From positions 32,001 to 96,000 of the forward strand of contig CAVXLD010000001.1 of the NCBI GenBank assembly GCA_963762565.1: a stretch of 64,000 bases of DNA, given 5' to 3'. This DNA comes from an uncultured Verrucomicrobiae bacterium (lineage in GTDB: Bacteria; Verrucomicrobiota; Verrucomicrobiia; Chthoniobacterales; JAFAMB01). Below, in pieces: positions 34,207 through 45,615 of the stretch. The translations under genes were made by a program, and so were the position numbers. Position 1 is the stretch's first letter. Each line of letters starts with the position of its first letter. Under the pieces are notes generated by a model. The model made no database searches. It saw nothing but the letters and a program-made list of their open reading frames with translations, and was not told the DNA's origin.

Positions 34207-34493
34207 GGTCCGTGGTCAAGACATAGGTAACAAATCATGGTCAAGACATGGATAACAGGTACATACAAAAAATGACTGGGGTGACTCGGAGATCCGCCCA
34301 GCTGGCCGACGGAGGTCAGCTGATAAAAATCGCATGCCGATCGTTCGCGAGAATCGTCGCTTCTGCCCCTCTCACACATTTCACCCTCAAAAAGGACAAC
34401 CAAAGGAACCATACATTTTTTGATTGCCCAAGAATAGGTATATAAAAAGCACATTTTCTCGACAAAGTGTTACCTATGTCTTGACCACGTTCA
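34207..34493. mobile_element. Non-autonomous MITE with terminal IRs (IS481/IS3-like ends)
   Basis: 22 bp perfect IR cgtggtcaagacataggtaaca (34211-34232) / tgttacctatgtcttgaccacg (34468-34489); extra subterminal copy at 34237-34257; GGAG on both flanks; no transposase. Confidence 0.7.
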
Positions 34494-34519
34494 GGAGCCT
34501 CGCCCCACCAAATTTGTTC

Positions 34520-35494
34520 TCAGCTGAATCCAAACAGGCGTTCCGCGTTGCCGTGCGCGATCTTCTCCCTGTCCGACGCGCTGACCGGAAGTTGATCAAG
34601 AAACGCACGCGCTTGCGGCATCGACTGGTAAGGATAATCAGCGGAGAACATAATCCGATCGACTCCCACTTCGAGTAACAGGTTCAGAAAGGTCGCAGTA
34701 AAATTGAAACCGCTGATCGTGTAATGGACGTTTTCCCGAAGGTAAGCGCTGATCGGGCGCTGGAGCTTTGTTAGCGCCATCGCCATTACGTCGAGCCGCG
34801 GCAACATAAAGGGTAACCCCTCTCCCAAATGCCCAATTACAAGTTGCAGCTTCGGATATCGATCGAACACTCCGCCCAGAATGAGGCGAATGACATGCAC
34901 CGCAGTTTCGATGTGCCAGCCCCAGCCTGGACCGGCCAGCATCTCGTTCACTATTGGCGAAAACCCGCTGTACGATGCTTCGATTACAGGCTTTGGCGGT
35001 TGGGTTGGATGAAGATAGATCGGAACGTTCAGCGATTCAGCACGCTCGAGCAGCGGGTAGAAAAACTTATCATCCAAATAGCGGCCCCGATGGTGACCGT
35101 TGATAACGGCGCCTTTGAAGCCGTACCCATTTACCATCCGCTCCAATTCGTCAGCCGCTTTGTCCGGACAGGCGGTTGGCAGCGTGGCGAAGCCCGCGAG
35201 CCGAGAGGGATGTTTCTTAATTGCTGCGGCCAGAAAATCATTGGCATCGAGCGCCACGCTCACGGCATCGGCCTCTTCTAATTGTTCGGTGCCGGGGGAA
35301 GTCAGTGATAACACCTGCACGTTGATACCGGCGCCGTCCATCTCTGCTATTCGATCGTCGCCAACGTCAGTGAGCTGGGCCAGGAGCTTGGCGGCGCGAT
35401 CGCCGAATTGCTGTGCCCGGGCCCTGAGGTCTCGACCCGGGCCCTCCAAGAAAACCGACGTGGCGAAATGTTCTTCCAAGGTGATTCGTCGCAT
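34520..35494 (-). CDS. Amidohydrolase-2 family (aromatic acid decarboxylase-like)
   Basis: ITLEEHF, VQVLSLTSPG, PIYLHP, GHLGEGLPF, FSADYPY. Confidence 0.9.
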   Translation of the reverse strand: MRRITLEEHFATSVFLEGPGRDLRARAQQFGDRAAKLLAQLTDVGDDRIAEMDGAGINVQVLSLTSPGTEQLEEADAVSVALDANDFLAAAIKKHPSRLAGFATLPTACPDKAADELERMVNGYGFKGAVINGHHRGRYLDDKFFYPLLERAESLNVPIYLHPTQPPKPVIEASYSGFSPIVNEMLAGPGWGWHIETAVHVIRLILGGVFDRYPKLQLVIGHLGEGLPFMLPRLDVMAMALTKLQRPISAYLRENVHYTISGFNFTATFLNLLLEVGVDRIMFSADYPYQSMPQARAFLDQLPVSASDREKIAHGNAERLFGFS

Positions 35495-35503
35495 GCTGAA
35501 GTC

Positions 35504-36397
35504 TTACTTCTCGAAATACCGCGGATGGTCAAGATCGGCAATTAACCCGGGCTGCTCTGGCTGCCAGCCTAGGACTTTGCGAGTTCGCTCGCTCGAGCTC
35601 GCAAGGTCCATTGCAGCGAAAAATGCGAACCACCCAAAATGCTTAGCGGCTTCATCGGCATTCAGGCTAACAACCGGCAGGTTGAGACGGCGGCCGATCA
35701 CCTGAGCGATTTCTTTGAAAAGAATCCCCTCTTCGGCAACCCCGTGGTACGGACCATTGACGGCGTTTTGCTCGAGCCCCAGCCGGTAGATACGGGCAGC
35801 GTCGAGGTGATGTACCGCAGGCCATCGGTTGAGTCCTTCGCCTACGTAGGCTGAAACACCCTTCTCACGCGCAAGAGCAATCATGTGGGGAACGAATCCA
35901 TGATCTCCGTCGCCATGCACGGTGGGAGCAAGACGGACAGTCGAAGCACGTACGCCGCGCTCCGCTAGCGAAATAGCCGTCTCCTCAGAGACGCGAGGAA
36001 ACGAGTTCGACCTCGGAACCGGCGCATCTTCCTCGGTCGCGATGCGGCCCTTCGCTAGGAGCGCGAGGCCGGACGATACGAGCAATGGTCGGTCGGAACC
36101 TTCCAGTACGCTACCCAGCGTCTCGATTGCGCGCCGGTCAGCCTCGCAGTTCTTCGCGAATCTCGAAAAATCGTGGTTAAAAGCAGTGTGAATCACGCCA
36201 TCCGAGTTGGCGGCTCCGGTGCGTAAGCTTTTTAAGTCTTCAACATCACCTCGATGCACCTCAGCGCCGGCCGCGGCAAGAGACTTAGCACCCGCATCTG
36301 AGCGCGCGAGGCCGACTACCTGGTGCCCCCCATTTAGCAATTCCTGAACAACAGCAGAACCGACGAACCCTGTAGCCCCAGTAACAAAAACACGCAT
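35504..36397 (-). CDS. Atypical SDR / NAD-dependent epimerase-dehydratase
   Basis: [34 protein letters not shown]. Confidence 0.92.
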   Translation of the reverse strand: MRVFVTGATGFVGSAVVQELLNGGHQVVGLARSDAGAKSLAAAGAEVHRGDVEDLKSLRTGAANSDGVIHTAFNHDFSRFAKNCEADRRAIETLGSVLEGSDRPLLVSSGLALLAKGRIATEEDAPVPRSNSFPRVSEETAISLAERGVRASTVRLAPTVHGDGDHGFVPHMIALAREKGVSAYVGEGLNRWPAVHHLDAARIYRLGLEQNAVNGPYHGVAEEGILFKEIAQVIGRRLNLPVVSLNADEAAKHFGWFAFFAAMDLASSSERTRKVLGWQPEQPGLIADLDHPRYFEK

Positions 36398-36552
36398 ACT
36401 CTGATTTCCTTTTCTAGGTTAATGATTACGGAGTCACTATGCCGTCTCCTTGTCCTCCCGTAAATCCACGGAAGTCCAAACTTATTGCCTAATCGTCCAA
36501 GAAGTGCTTTCGTTGTTTCTTAGACTCAGACTCCGGTCCGAGCATAGACTTC

Positions 36553-37452
36553 ATGAACACCTTTCGAGATAGCCTCTTAAACACGGTTAAATTCTTTTCT
36601 TCAGTTGAAGGACTAAACGCAACATCTGTTCCTGGTGTTTATTGCCTAAAAATCTCTCACCCGCACGATTTTATGAGAAGCCGCTGGCGTGCGTGTTTGG
36701 CTCTTATCGCGCAAGGTCGCAAGGAAATCGTTCTCGAGCGCGACGTTTACCGCTGCGACGAAAAGCATTACACCGCTACTCTGGTTGATCTCCCTGTGGT
36801 TAGCAGGGTCGCCTCGGCCTCGCCCCAGAAACCGTTTCTAGCTATGCTGATCGACTTGGATCCGATGATCCTAAGCGAAACCGCGGCTCAACCAAGCGAG
36901 GACAACCACGGAGAATCGGGGCAATCTTTGCGCGCTGTTTTCATTGGAGAAACGAGGGACGAAATGCTGGAAGGCGCCTTTCGACTGGGAAAGCTGTTTC
37001 ACACGCCCGAAGACGCGCGCGTGCTTGGCCCCTTAGTCGTCAGGGAAATGATTTATCATCTCCTGAAAGGGTCGGATGGAAACGCGATTCGGCGTTTTGT
37101 TCGTTCAGGAAGCAAAACGCACATTATCTCTCAATGCATCTATGGGCTGCAATCGGAGCTTACCCATGATGTTGATGTTCCCGCACTAGCAAAGGCGGCC
37201 CGTATGAGCCGGTCCGCTTTCTTTAAACATTTCAAAGAGGTTACGGCGATGAGCCCGATTCAGTATCAAAAGCGTCTCCGATTGCTGGAGGCCAGACGAC
37301 TTATGGTCGATGGAGGTGAAACCGCCGAAGCTTCAGCCTTCAAAGTTGGGTATAAAAGCGCATCCCACTTTAGTCGCGAGTATTCACGGATGTTCGGGGA
37401 CTCTCCCTTACGGGATGCAGCGAAGGTGAGGTCGACGGTTATTCGGGCTTAA
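36553..37452 (+). CDS. AraC-family regulator (YqhC-like)
   Basis: AQGRK, VDLPV N-domain; HFKEVTAMSPIQYQKRLRL, VGYKSASHFSREYSRMFG. Confidence 0.93.
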   Translation: MNTFRDSLLNTVKFFSSVEGLNATSVPGVYCLKISHPHDFMRSRWRACLALIAQGRKEIVLERDVYRCDEKHYTATLVDLPVVSRVASASPQKPFLAMLIDLDPMILSETAAQPSEDNHGESGQSLRAVFIGETRDEMLEGAFRLGKLFHTPEDARVLGPLVVREMIYHLLKGSDGNAIRRFVRSGSKTHIISQCIYGLQSELTHDVDVPALAKAARMSRSAFFKHFKEVTAMSPIQYQKRLRLLEARRLMVDGGETAEASAFKVGYKSASHFSREYSRMFGDSPLRDAAKVRSTVIRA

Positions 37453-37758
37453 TTCAGATCGAACCCGAAAATCGCAACACGCCGACCCGGTAACCAAAAT
37501 CAAGACGGCTCAACCGCAGATTAACGCAGATGTACGCAGATTTTTTCCACTTAAAGACAACACGCGGCGACACTAAAAGCCCAGTACAGGAGCGATATTC
37601 GTATCTCCTTGCCGGTAAGCGAATCCAAAGAAGTAATCTGTGCGATCTGCGGATCATCTATCTGCGTCAATCTGCGGTTGGACCGATTGTTCTCTGCTTC
37701 GCGTTGATTCATGTCCATTCGCGGTCACCGGGAAAAAGGCGCCTGGGACTAACTGCGG

Positions 37759-37974
37759 CTACGTGTTCGAGCGCAACTCGAGTCGTTCGTCCCATCGCGT
37801 GCCCAACATCTGCTCAAAGAACGAGATCGATACTTCGCTCACCGCTTCCGGCTCCACGTTATCGACTTCGTGAGGCGTGGTTCCCGTTTCCTTTAGGTGC
37901 TGCTTGTAGATTTCCTGGCGCACCCGGTATTCCTTCCAACGTACTGATTCACTCATAGTCACATCCTTTTGTGC
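37759..37974 (-). CDS. Small hypothetical protein
   Basis: Short ORF with upstream AAGGA; no motif recognised. Confidence 0.35.
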   Translation of the reverse strand, partial: AQKDVTMSESVRWKEYRVRQEIYKQHLKETGTTPHEVDNVEPEAVSEVSISFFEQMLGTRWDERLELRSNT

Positions 37975-38342
37975 ATGCCTGCTCACCTACGCTCGGCCTC
38001 CGTTAGAATGCCGGAGCGCCGAATCGACGATTGAATTGCATGCAAGCAAGTACTTGCACTCGATTTGCGCGATTGCAAGCGGATACTTGCAATTATTCGA
38101 GATTTTGCCCATTTCTTTGATGACGTGTATAACAAACCAGGAAACGCCAGCCTTGTCTCCGACTTGGAATTTCCGAAATCAGCGTGTTTGCCGCCGCCAT
38201 CCCCGGCTCGGCCATGCTGCTTCATTAATTTGCCGGGTGAACCGTGGATGTGGTACGCGAATAGCCGGTTACGTTTTGGAGCCTCGCCCTACCAAAGTCG
38301 AGGACGAGGACGACCAGGCTGGCGAAGCTACCGTATGTTCAA

Positions 38343-38837
38343 ATGAATTGGTGCATTTTCAGCCCAGACCGGGTTTACCGGTACGTTTTACGGCGCCAAT
38401 GGCACAGCGGCACCTCCGAAGCTCCGAGGCGGATCGCTTGGATCGGACTAAACCCAAGTACCGCGGATGAAGTTACTCTCGATCAAACCTTGGCGGCTGT
38501 ATGCCGATACTCGAGAAACTGGGGCTTCTCCGATGTGGTAATGCTGAACCTGTTCGCGTTTCGCGCCACTGATCCTCGCGACCTGAAACGCGCCAGCGAT
38601 CCAATCGGACCTGACAACGACCAACATCTGCTAACCGAGGTTCGTAACGTTGAGCGGGTAATCGCCTGCTGGGGCGACCAGGGCAGATTTCTTGGGCGAG
38701 ACCGACACGTGTCGGATCTACTAGGCGTTTCGTTTGGATGTCTGCTCCAAAACAGGAGCGGAGCGCCCCATCACCCCCTATATCTAAAGTCCAGAATCAA
38801 GCCTAAGCCGTTCGGATTACATCAAACTCGAAACTGA
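38343..38837 (+). CDS. DUF1643 domain protein
   Basis: YRYVL.R.W, WIGLNPSTAD, NLFAFRATDP, IACWG, PHHPLY. Confidence 0.88.
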   Translation: MNWCIFSPDRVYRYVLRRQWHSGTSEAPRRIAWIGLNPSTADEVTLDQTLAAVCRYSRNWGFSDVVMLNLFAFRATDPRDLKRASDPIGPDNDQHLLTEVRNVERVIACWGDQGRFLGRDRHVSDLLGVSFGCLLQNRSGAPHHPLYLKSRIKPKPFGLHQTRN

Positions 38838-38959
38838 GCGACCATTCCGATCCCTAATAGACAGAACAGGATCGTCGCCAGCAAGCCATACAACAACACA
38901 ACAAACCGAATCATTCTTCCCTTCCTATTGCGAAAACCTGCGACGACTTGGCAGGATTT

Positions 38960-39160
38960 GCAAGAGGAAGAGGAGTTCAATAAGTCCAAGGAGTACGAGG
39001 AGTATGAGGAGTATGAGGAGTTCAAGGAGACGGCATTCGGACGCTCTGGGGGAAGGACTCGCACCAGGCTGTCATTATGCTTGCAATCCTTGAGCTCCTT
39101 GAGCTCCTTGAACTCCTTAACTCCTTGAACTCCTTGAACTCCTTAGCTCCTTGAACTCCT
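38960..39160. repeat. Inverted pair of nonamer tandem arrays (GAGGAGTNN)n / (CTCCTTGAR)n
   Basis: gagtacgaggagtatgaggagtatgaggagttcaagg, then about 8 ctccttgaa/ctccttgag units. Confidence 0.85.
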
Positions 39161-39166
39161 TGGACG

Positions 39167-40297
39167 CTACCGCTTTGCTAGCCAATCGCGCATCGCATCA
39201 AGCCCAGCCGGCACGTAAGATCTTGCGTAACCAATTCGGAAACGATCCTCCGGTAGCGGTGTAAGGTCTGACTGAAAGATGCTCGCCGGCAAAAGCAATA
39301 CGTTTGCTTCCTCGACTAACCGGCGCGCGAATGTTTCTACGCCATCAGCGCCTTTATAGCGTGGATATCCGACAGTGCCGGCGTCCGGTGTATCCCATTC
39401 AAATAGATCCGGAAACTCCGTGAAAAACTCGCCTACGCATTTGAGGTTAGCGTTGATCAGCGTCCGGTTACGATCAAGAATCCGCTCCTTCGCTCCGAGG
39501 GCGATAACGGCTAGAGCTTCACCGGGACCTGAGTTACAGATGGAGAGATAGTGTTTAATCCTCTCCATCCGCTGTAACAGGTCGCGGTCCTGAGCGGCAA
39601 CCCAGCCAATGCGTAGTCCAGACAAACCGTAAACCTTAGAAACCACACTAACCGAGAGACCCCGCTCATAATGATCAACCGCTGCAGGCAATCGAAGCGC
39701 CGGCGAACGCTCAATCAGCCGATAGACTTCGTCGGACAATAGCCATATGCCATGCGCACGGCAGATCTTGATCAGCTCGTCAAACTCCGCTGGAGACGGC
39801 AACTTACCAGTCGGATTGTTGGGAAAGTTAATCGCAATCAGCTTGGTGTTGGGCTTAATGCGATGGCGAACTTCATTGAGGTCGAGTTTCCACCCGTCAT
39901 CTGCATGCAGGCTGACACCGGTGACCGCGGATAGCGATAGGGTAATCGTCTCAAGTGACTGATAAGTCGGTGTGACGACGATGGCGTGGTCATCGGGTCC
40001 CAGCAAGGCGTGCAAGGCGACGTAAATGGCTTCCCCGCCACCTGCGAAAGCAAGCACGTTCTCCGCGGACACGGCCGAGTGGGTGGAGGCGACGGCGTGG
40101 CGCAGCGCTTCGCCGCCGAAGGTAGGAGTGTAACCCAGCCATAACCGCTCGAATGCCTCGCGATCGTCTGGGGCAGCCAAGCTCAGTAACTCCGCCAATG
40201 ACATGCTCTCGGCGTCTGACGCGGTCATATGAAATCGAGCGGCAAATTCCCAGCGAGCGAGATAGGTCTCGAGACGAAAATCGGGCAGGAGTGACAT
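39167..40297 (-). CDS. Class I/II PLP-dependent aminotransferase
   Basis: NFPNNPTG, SDEVYR, SKVYGLSGLRIGW. Confidence 0.92.
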   Translation of the reverse strand: MSLLPDFRLETYLARWEFAARFHMTASDAESMSLAELLSLAAPDDREAFERLWLGYTPTFGGEALRHAVASTHSAVSAENVLAFAGGGEAIYVALHALLGPDDHAIVVTPTYQSLETITLSLSAVTGVSLHADDGWKLDLNEVRHRIKPNTKLIAINFPNNPTGKLPSPAEFDELIKICRAHGIWLLSDEVYRLIERSPALRLPAAVDHYERGLSVSVVSKVYGLSGLRIGWVAAQDRDLLQRMERIKHYLSICNSGPGEALAVIALGAKERILDRNRTLINANLKCVGEFFTEFPDLFEWDTPDAGTVGYPRYKGADGVETFARRLVEEANVLLLPASIFQSDLTPLPEDRFRIGYARSYVPAGLDAMRDWLAKR

Positions 40298-40612
40298 AGG
40301 TGATTGGTGAATGGTGATTGGTGATTAGTGATTAGTGATTAGTGGCGGCATCAGTAATCAGTAAGCAGTAGATCAGTAATCAGTGAAAGAAAGGGGGCGA
40401 CGCGGGGTTTATCTTTCAGAGAAAAATCGCGGTTCACATCTCCAATCGTTGACAAATCTCGAAACGCGTTGGCAGCGCACGATATCACCAATCACCAATC
40501 ACCAATCACCAATCACCAATCACCAATCACCAATCACCAATCACCAATCACCAATCACCAATCACCAATCACCAATCACCAATCACCAATCACCAATCAC
40601 GAATCACAATCA
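40298..40612. repeat. Inverted heptamer arrays (GGTGATT)n / (AATCACC)n
   Basis: Short G-rich arm 40298-40345; long arm of about 16 AATCACC units at 40485-40600. Confidence 0.9.
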
Positions 40613-40839
40613 CTCCATCACTACTCTGGATACTCGGTTCACGAGACGAAGGTGCCACCGTCAGGGTCTGTTGGTACCCGAGACATGCTGCCATGCCCTG
40701 GCCAGTTCCATTTGCTTGTGGGCGGTGACAGAGACTCCGAGAGACCATAACCCCCTTCCCTTGTACATGGACCTCCAGGCTCTGATGCGTGACCTTTGGC
40801 GCCGAAGCGAACGTTTAGTGTATAATTCTTGAGAGATTC

Positions 40840-41238
40840 TCAACGACCCTTCTTCTCGTTCGCTGCGACTCGCGCTTTTACGATTTTCCTAAGCAGCGCG
40901 CGGGTAACGGCTTGTCTAAGGGGAAATGGATTGTTCCTTTCGCGACTGGATAGCGCTTCAGTTCATCCTTGAAGGTTTCCATAATTCCAGGCCCAGGAAA
41001 CAAACTACAATGGTCCGAGAACGCGGCGAACCAAACTAACACTCCCTTATACTTGATGCCGGGATCCGGTAACTAATGGCCTCGGTCGCCTCAGGCGGCA
41101 CAACGGAACGGATGACGGCACGGATCTGCTCCAACGTGCTGCGACCCGGTTCCGAACGCCGCCCAGATATTCATCAATACTCTTGGGCGCCTCCCGCTTT
41201 CTCCGGCGCTTTGCGACGATAGGCTTCACCGGTTTCAC
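40840..41238 (-). pseudogene. DUF1801/YdhG-like protein (frameshifted)
   Basis: PKSIDEYL, LEQIRAVIRSVVPPEATEAISY.IP, FAAFSDHCSLFP, KGTIHFP, IVKARV across frames. Confidence 0.78.
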
Positions 41239-41329
41239 AAAAGAGGTTTTTGTCTCATCTGCGGCCTGAGCCCCTGTGAAATGCCCGCCGCGGAGGGAAG
41301 GGGGGGGCTTTGTTTAACTGCCCCAGAGG

Positions 41330-42996
41330 TCACTGAGTTTTGCGCAGCGCCCGCAGGTTCTGACTGTTCTGATGCAGCATCACGGCAACCACCTTACCGC
41401 TCTTATCCCGTTCGAAATCCAATTGTGCATCCACAATCTTATAGAAGAACTTGTCCGCCGCGCTGGCGTAAATTGGAACAGCAGGTTGTCCCGTGACCTG
41501 TGCTTGAAGCTGGGCGTCCTTTACAGTGATATCCAGTAGGGCGCCGAATGAAAACTGATACTGGCCGACATAATCCTGCAACTTTGCCGGACTCAGCGCT
41601 GTTTCTTTCGGTTCAGGAGCTGCTCCAGTGATGCCAAGTTTCGGCAAGGTGTGATCACCATGCTGATGAATGACCATGCCGGCCACGGCTCCTTTGTCGT
41701 CACGTGTAAAACTGATGCGTATCAGGCCGACCCTGGCGAAGAATTCGTCATTGGCTGATGGAAAGATGGGGAACGCTTGTTCGCCGGTCCCCTGAGCGTA
41801 AAGCTGATTGCCGGTAAGGAATACCTTCACCTCAAGCTGGCCACCAAATTGATAGGTTCCCAGATATTCATTGAGAGCGGTGGCAGGCAGCTCGGTCGCT
41901 TTTTGCGCAGGCGCAAGAGGCGCATCGTCAAGCAGGCTAGCAAATCCCAAATCGTCCACATCAGTGGCCGTGTTAGTCAGAATAATCACCCCTTTGTGTC
42001 TATCCGCGGTGAACCCAAGGAAAGCTCGATAGCCGTCAGTGCCGCCGTTGTGCCAGGTAACCCCTTTACCGGTTGTAATCCAGGCTAGTCCCAGGCGCAT
42101 GTTGTCGGTCATTGCTCTGCGCGACTGTTGGGGTACTTCATCGCGGCCGTCAACGGAGTCTGATCAACGCCCAAATTGGCTTTCAAGTAGCGCAACATAT
42201 CGTTGGCGGTGCTACGAATTCCGCCGGCTCCGGCTAACACGTTCATTTCCCAATTCTTCGCGTCGACACCCATTTCGTCGTGGCCAAGCGCGAGGTGCGC
42301 CCGCATCGCTTTGGTAAACTCGGTCCCGCTCATGGTCATGCCCAGCGGTTGAAGAATCTTTTCGTTTACCAACTCCCAATAGGTTGTGTGCGCCGCTTGG
42401 GCGAGCGCGTAGCCGAGCAGCCCAAATGCTAGATTGGAATACTCGAATGATTCACCCGGATCACGCTCCAACTGATACCCCGCGAGGAAAGCCTTAAGTT
42501 TTTCCACGTTATAATCCGCATACGGATTAGCGGGATCTTTTGGCTTGAGGTTGGTAGGCATCCTGGGCAGCCCGGAGTATTGGGCGCCGATCTCTCCAAG
42601 AGTGATTTTCTTTCCGCTCCGTTCCGGGATTTTGAATTCGGGTAAAAGATCCGCGGCCGGCGTATTAAGCGTGAAAGTCTTGGAGAGTATGCCATCAGCT
42701 AGCAGCGTGGCGGTGAAGGTTTTGGTGATCGAACCGATCTCATACACGGTGTCGCCGTCCGGCGGCGTCCCATCGCTAAGCTTGCCAAAAGGGATGACTT
42801 CGCTTTTCCCATCAACTACGACTCCGAATATCAGCGTCTGATAGGTCCCGTCATCGGCCCGCTCCTGCGCGGCTTCCCTGACTCGTTCCGGTAGTAAGGC
42901 TGAATCCGCGAACGAAATGTTGGCCATGAGCTGTAGAAGTGCTAGTCCCAACCCGAAAGAAGCCAGTACCGAAAACAGACGCTGCTGCACGCGCAT
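41330..42996 (-). CDS. Serine hydrolase (class C beta-lactamase fold) with two C-terminal DUF3471-like repeats; frameshift near 42125
   Basis: Signal peptide, YEIGSITKTFT (SxxK), EYSNL, WHNGGTDGY; duplicated YxGxYQF..L.AQ.TG..A.PI. Confidence 0.88.
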
Positions 42997-43150
42997 AGAA
43001 ATTCAGATCTTAGCTCGATAAATCTGAAACGCATGCAGAACGCGTTTCTGTCGGTTGCGGATTGCCGGTTGAGCCCACTTGTATGTACTGCCCTTCAAGA
43101 AGACAAACGTTTCGTCTTGTCCTTCTCATATATGAGAATATTTTCCATAT

Positions 43151-43723
43151 ATGCAACAGGCGCCTCTCGAGCAATCGGCTACCGATACGCGCTTAGCCCG
43201 GCGATTACACCAACTTCGATTGGAACGTTCTTGGTCACTGGAGGATCTGGCTACAAAGAGCGGCGTCAGTCGGGCAACGCTTTCACGGATTGAAAATAAT
43301 GAAGTCAGCCCTACGGCTGCGGTGCTCGGCAGAGTGTGCGCAGCCTTCGAGCTCACCATCTCCAGATTGTTAGCTTATGTCGAATCAGACCTTCCGGCAT
43401 TAGTTCCGAGAGAGCAGCAACCCATCTGGATTGATCCTGAGACCGGTTTTCGGCGACGGTCGATCTCCCCGCCTTCGCCGGATTTCGAGTGTGAGTTTAT
43501 TCAGTGTGAATTGCCGGCTGGCGCTCAAATCGACTATCCCCTGGCGCCACGGCAAGGCTTGGAACACCACTTGTATTTAGACTCAGGAGCCTTGGAACTG
43601 ATCGTCGACGGATCGACTCATCGATTATCCGCAGGCGATTGCCTGCGTTACCGGTTACATGGGGCAAGCTCATTCAGGGTACTAAATCGACGTCCGGCTC
43701 GATACTTCCTGGTCATTCGATGA
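43151..43723 (+). CDS. XRE-family HTH / cupin regulator
   Basis: WSLEDLATKSGVSRATLSRIE..SPT; C-terminal cupin LSAGDCLRY. Confidence 0.92.
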   Translation: MQQAPLEQSATDTRLARRLHQLRLERSWSLEDLATKSGVSRATLSRIENNEVSPTAAVLGRVCAAFELTISRLLAYVESDLPALVPREQQPIWIDPETGFRRRSISPPSPDFECEFIQCELPAGAQIDYPLAPRQGLEHHLYLDSGALELIVDGSTHRLSAGDCLRYRLHGASSFRVLNRRPARYFLVIR

Positions 43724-44313
43724 AGAAAACACCCACGAACCCAGTTCGGCCTTGCAAGCAAGGCGCGCTCCACGGAATCGAAATCTTCAGTCTCGATAGA
43801 GAGGGCCTAATACATCACTTGGCCCCCCTTGCCGAATTGCTGCACGCCTGCGTTCATGATGGCGCCAACGTTGGTTTCATCCTTCCATTCGATCTGGATC
43901 AAGCCCGCACCTTTTGGCTTCAGAAGATCGCGCTCGGGTTGGCTGCAAACACCCGCATTGTACTGGTGGCGAAGCTCGATAACCAAGTGGCAGGTACAGT
44001 CCAGTTAAACCTCGATACGCCACCCAATCAGCCTCACCGGGCGGATGTCTCCAAGCTTTTGGTGCATCCGAGTTATCGAATGCTTGGTGTCGGACGCGCT
44101 CTCATGCAGGAGATCGAATCGTACGGTGCGAATGCCGGACGCCGGCTTCTAACTTTGGATACGGCGACCGACATTGCCGAAACCCTTTATATCTCACTTG
44201 GATATGAACGCGCCGGTCACATTCCCGGTTATGCCCGCGAGCCAGACGAGGATCGGTTCGTTGGTACGACCATCATGTATAAAGTATTGGGAGGTAGGAA
44301 CGGAGCGGAGTGA
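43720..44313 (+). CDS. GNAT acetyltransferase
   Basis: ATGA overlap with XRE; GTVQL..PNQPHRADVSKLLVHP..GVGRALM, LLTLDT. Confidence 0.9.
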   Translation: MKKTPTNPVRPCKQGALHGIEIFSLDREGLIHHLAPLAELLHACVHDGANVGFILPFDLDQARTFWLQKIALGLAANTRIVLVAKLDNQVAGTVQLNLDTPPNQPHRADVSKLLVHPSYRMLGVGRALMQEIESYGANAGRRLLTLDTATDIAETLYISLGYERAGHIPGYAREPDEDRFVGTTIMYKVLGGRNGAE

Positions 44314-44560
44314 TGGAGTGATGGAGTGATGGAGTGTTGGAGTGTTGGAGTGTTGGAGTGTTGGAGTGTTGGAGTGATGGAGTGATGGAGTGATGGAGTG
44401 TTGGAGTGTTGGAGTGTTGGAGTGTTGGGGCGGCGAAAGTTAGGGAAGCCGGGATCTTGGCCGCTCGTAAGAATTCGTGGTCCTTCGCGTTGACTGATCC
44501 TCCGAATTGTAAGCACCGACAAACCGCTATACTCCATTACTCCATTACTCCATTACTCCG
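44303..44560. repeat. Inverted octamer arrays (GGAGTGWT)n / (ACTCCATT)n
   Basis: About 15 GGAGTGAT/GGAGTGTT units starting within the GNAT stop codon; actccatt units at 44531-44558. Confidence 0.9.
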
Positions 44561-44571
44561 GTTTCGAATGT

Positions 44572-45312
44572 ATGTTCAAAGATCATTTCTCGCAGTCTGC
44601 GGCAGGTTATGCCGCTTATCGTCCGACCTATCCAATCGAATTGGTGACCTTTCTGGCCGATACAGCGGGCCGAAATGAATTCGCATGGGACTGCGGCTGT
44701 GGTTCCGGGCAGCTATCGACCTTGCTAGCCGAAAGGTTTGCCCAGGTTACCGCGACGGATGCCAGTGCTAAACAAATCGCAAATGCGGCCCCTCACCCAC
44801 ATGTCCGTTATGCTTGCGTGCCGGCTGAAGCGAGTGGGCTAGGCGATCACGTCGCTGACCTGATTGTAGCCGCACAAGCAGCACATTGGTTTGATCTCCC
44901 TGCTTTTTATCGGGAGGTACGCCGGGTGGGACGTCCGGAAGCAGTCATCGCACTAGTGTCTTACGGGATCGTCAAAGTGGATGAAGAATTGGATCCCATC
45001 ATCGGACGATTTTATTGGGATGTGCTCGGACCCTATTGGCCACCGGAACGCAAACTTGTGGAAGAGGGCTACCGTTCACTCGATTTTCCATTCAGCGAAA
45101 TCCAAGCGCCGGATATGGCGATGAGCGCCGCTTGGCCGCTGCCGGATTTTCTCGGGTACCTGAGCACCTGGTCTTCTGTCACCGCTATGGAGCGTGCGAT
45201 CGGCCCGGAAGCACGTGAGCGGTTTAGCCAGGAACTGGGCGACGCCTGGGGCCCGGCGGAGCTGAAGCGCACGATTCGCTGGCCGATATCTTTGAGAGCA
45301 GGGATGGTTTAG
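44572..45312 (+). CDS. Class I SAM-dependent methyltransferase
   Basis: FKDHFS..Y..YRP.YP, AWDCGCGSGQ, AAQAAHWFD. Confidence 0.92.
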   Translation: MFKDHFSQSAAGYAAYRPTYPIELVTFLADTAGRNEFAWDCGCGSGQLSTLLAERFAQVTATDASAKQIANAAPHPHVRYACVPAEASGLGDHVADLIVAAQAAHWFDLPAFYREVRRVGRPEAVIALVSYGIVKVDEELDPIIGRFYWDVLGPYWPPERKLVEEGYRSLDFPFSEIQAPDMAMSAAWPLPDFLGYLSTWSSVTAMERAIGPEARERFSQELGDAWGPAELKRTIRWPISLRAGMV

Positions 45313-45314
45313 GC

Positions 45315-45597
45315 TGGAGTGGAGCCGCTTTAGAGCGCCCTTGAGCACCCGACGATAGTTTGTACAGCACATGTCTGGCCGAAACGTAAACCAATCAGGC
45401 GGCTCCCGGGAATGACCCAACGCCCGACTGTTCCATGACGCGGGCTCGATCCGTTACCCGACGAACCAGAACCGCTGGAACGAGATATTGTGTTGGGAAA
45501 TTCGCGGGAGCCGCCTGCCAGGATATCTTTCGGCTGGACTAATCCTGAGGTCAATACGTGAGATCCTCAGGTCAGCACCCAAAGCGGCTCCCCTCCA
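45315..45597. repeat. Four-arm GGAGCCGC element, copy 2
   Basis: tggagtggagccgcttt .. ggcggctcccgggaatgaccca .. tgggaaattcgcgggagccgcc .. aaagcggctcccctcca. Confidence 0.85.
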
Positions 45598-45615
45598 TTT
45601 ACCAATCCCCTTCCC

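Noticed and set aside
40383..40832. ORFs with ITNHQSP repeats (also GVWRVAC at 46464-46724 and TPTLQHS at 44229-44537)
   Set aside because: Translations of non-coding 7-8 nt tandem arrays open in several frames
29340..42130. Programmed frameshifting in AcoR-like, DUF1801 or serine hydrolase genes
   Set aside because: No slippery-site or stimulator pattern seen; similar 1-nt indels occur throughout the window, so sequencing error is more likely
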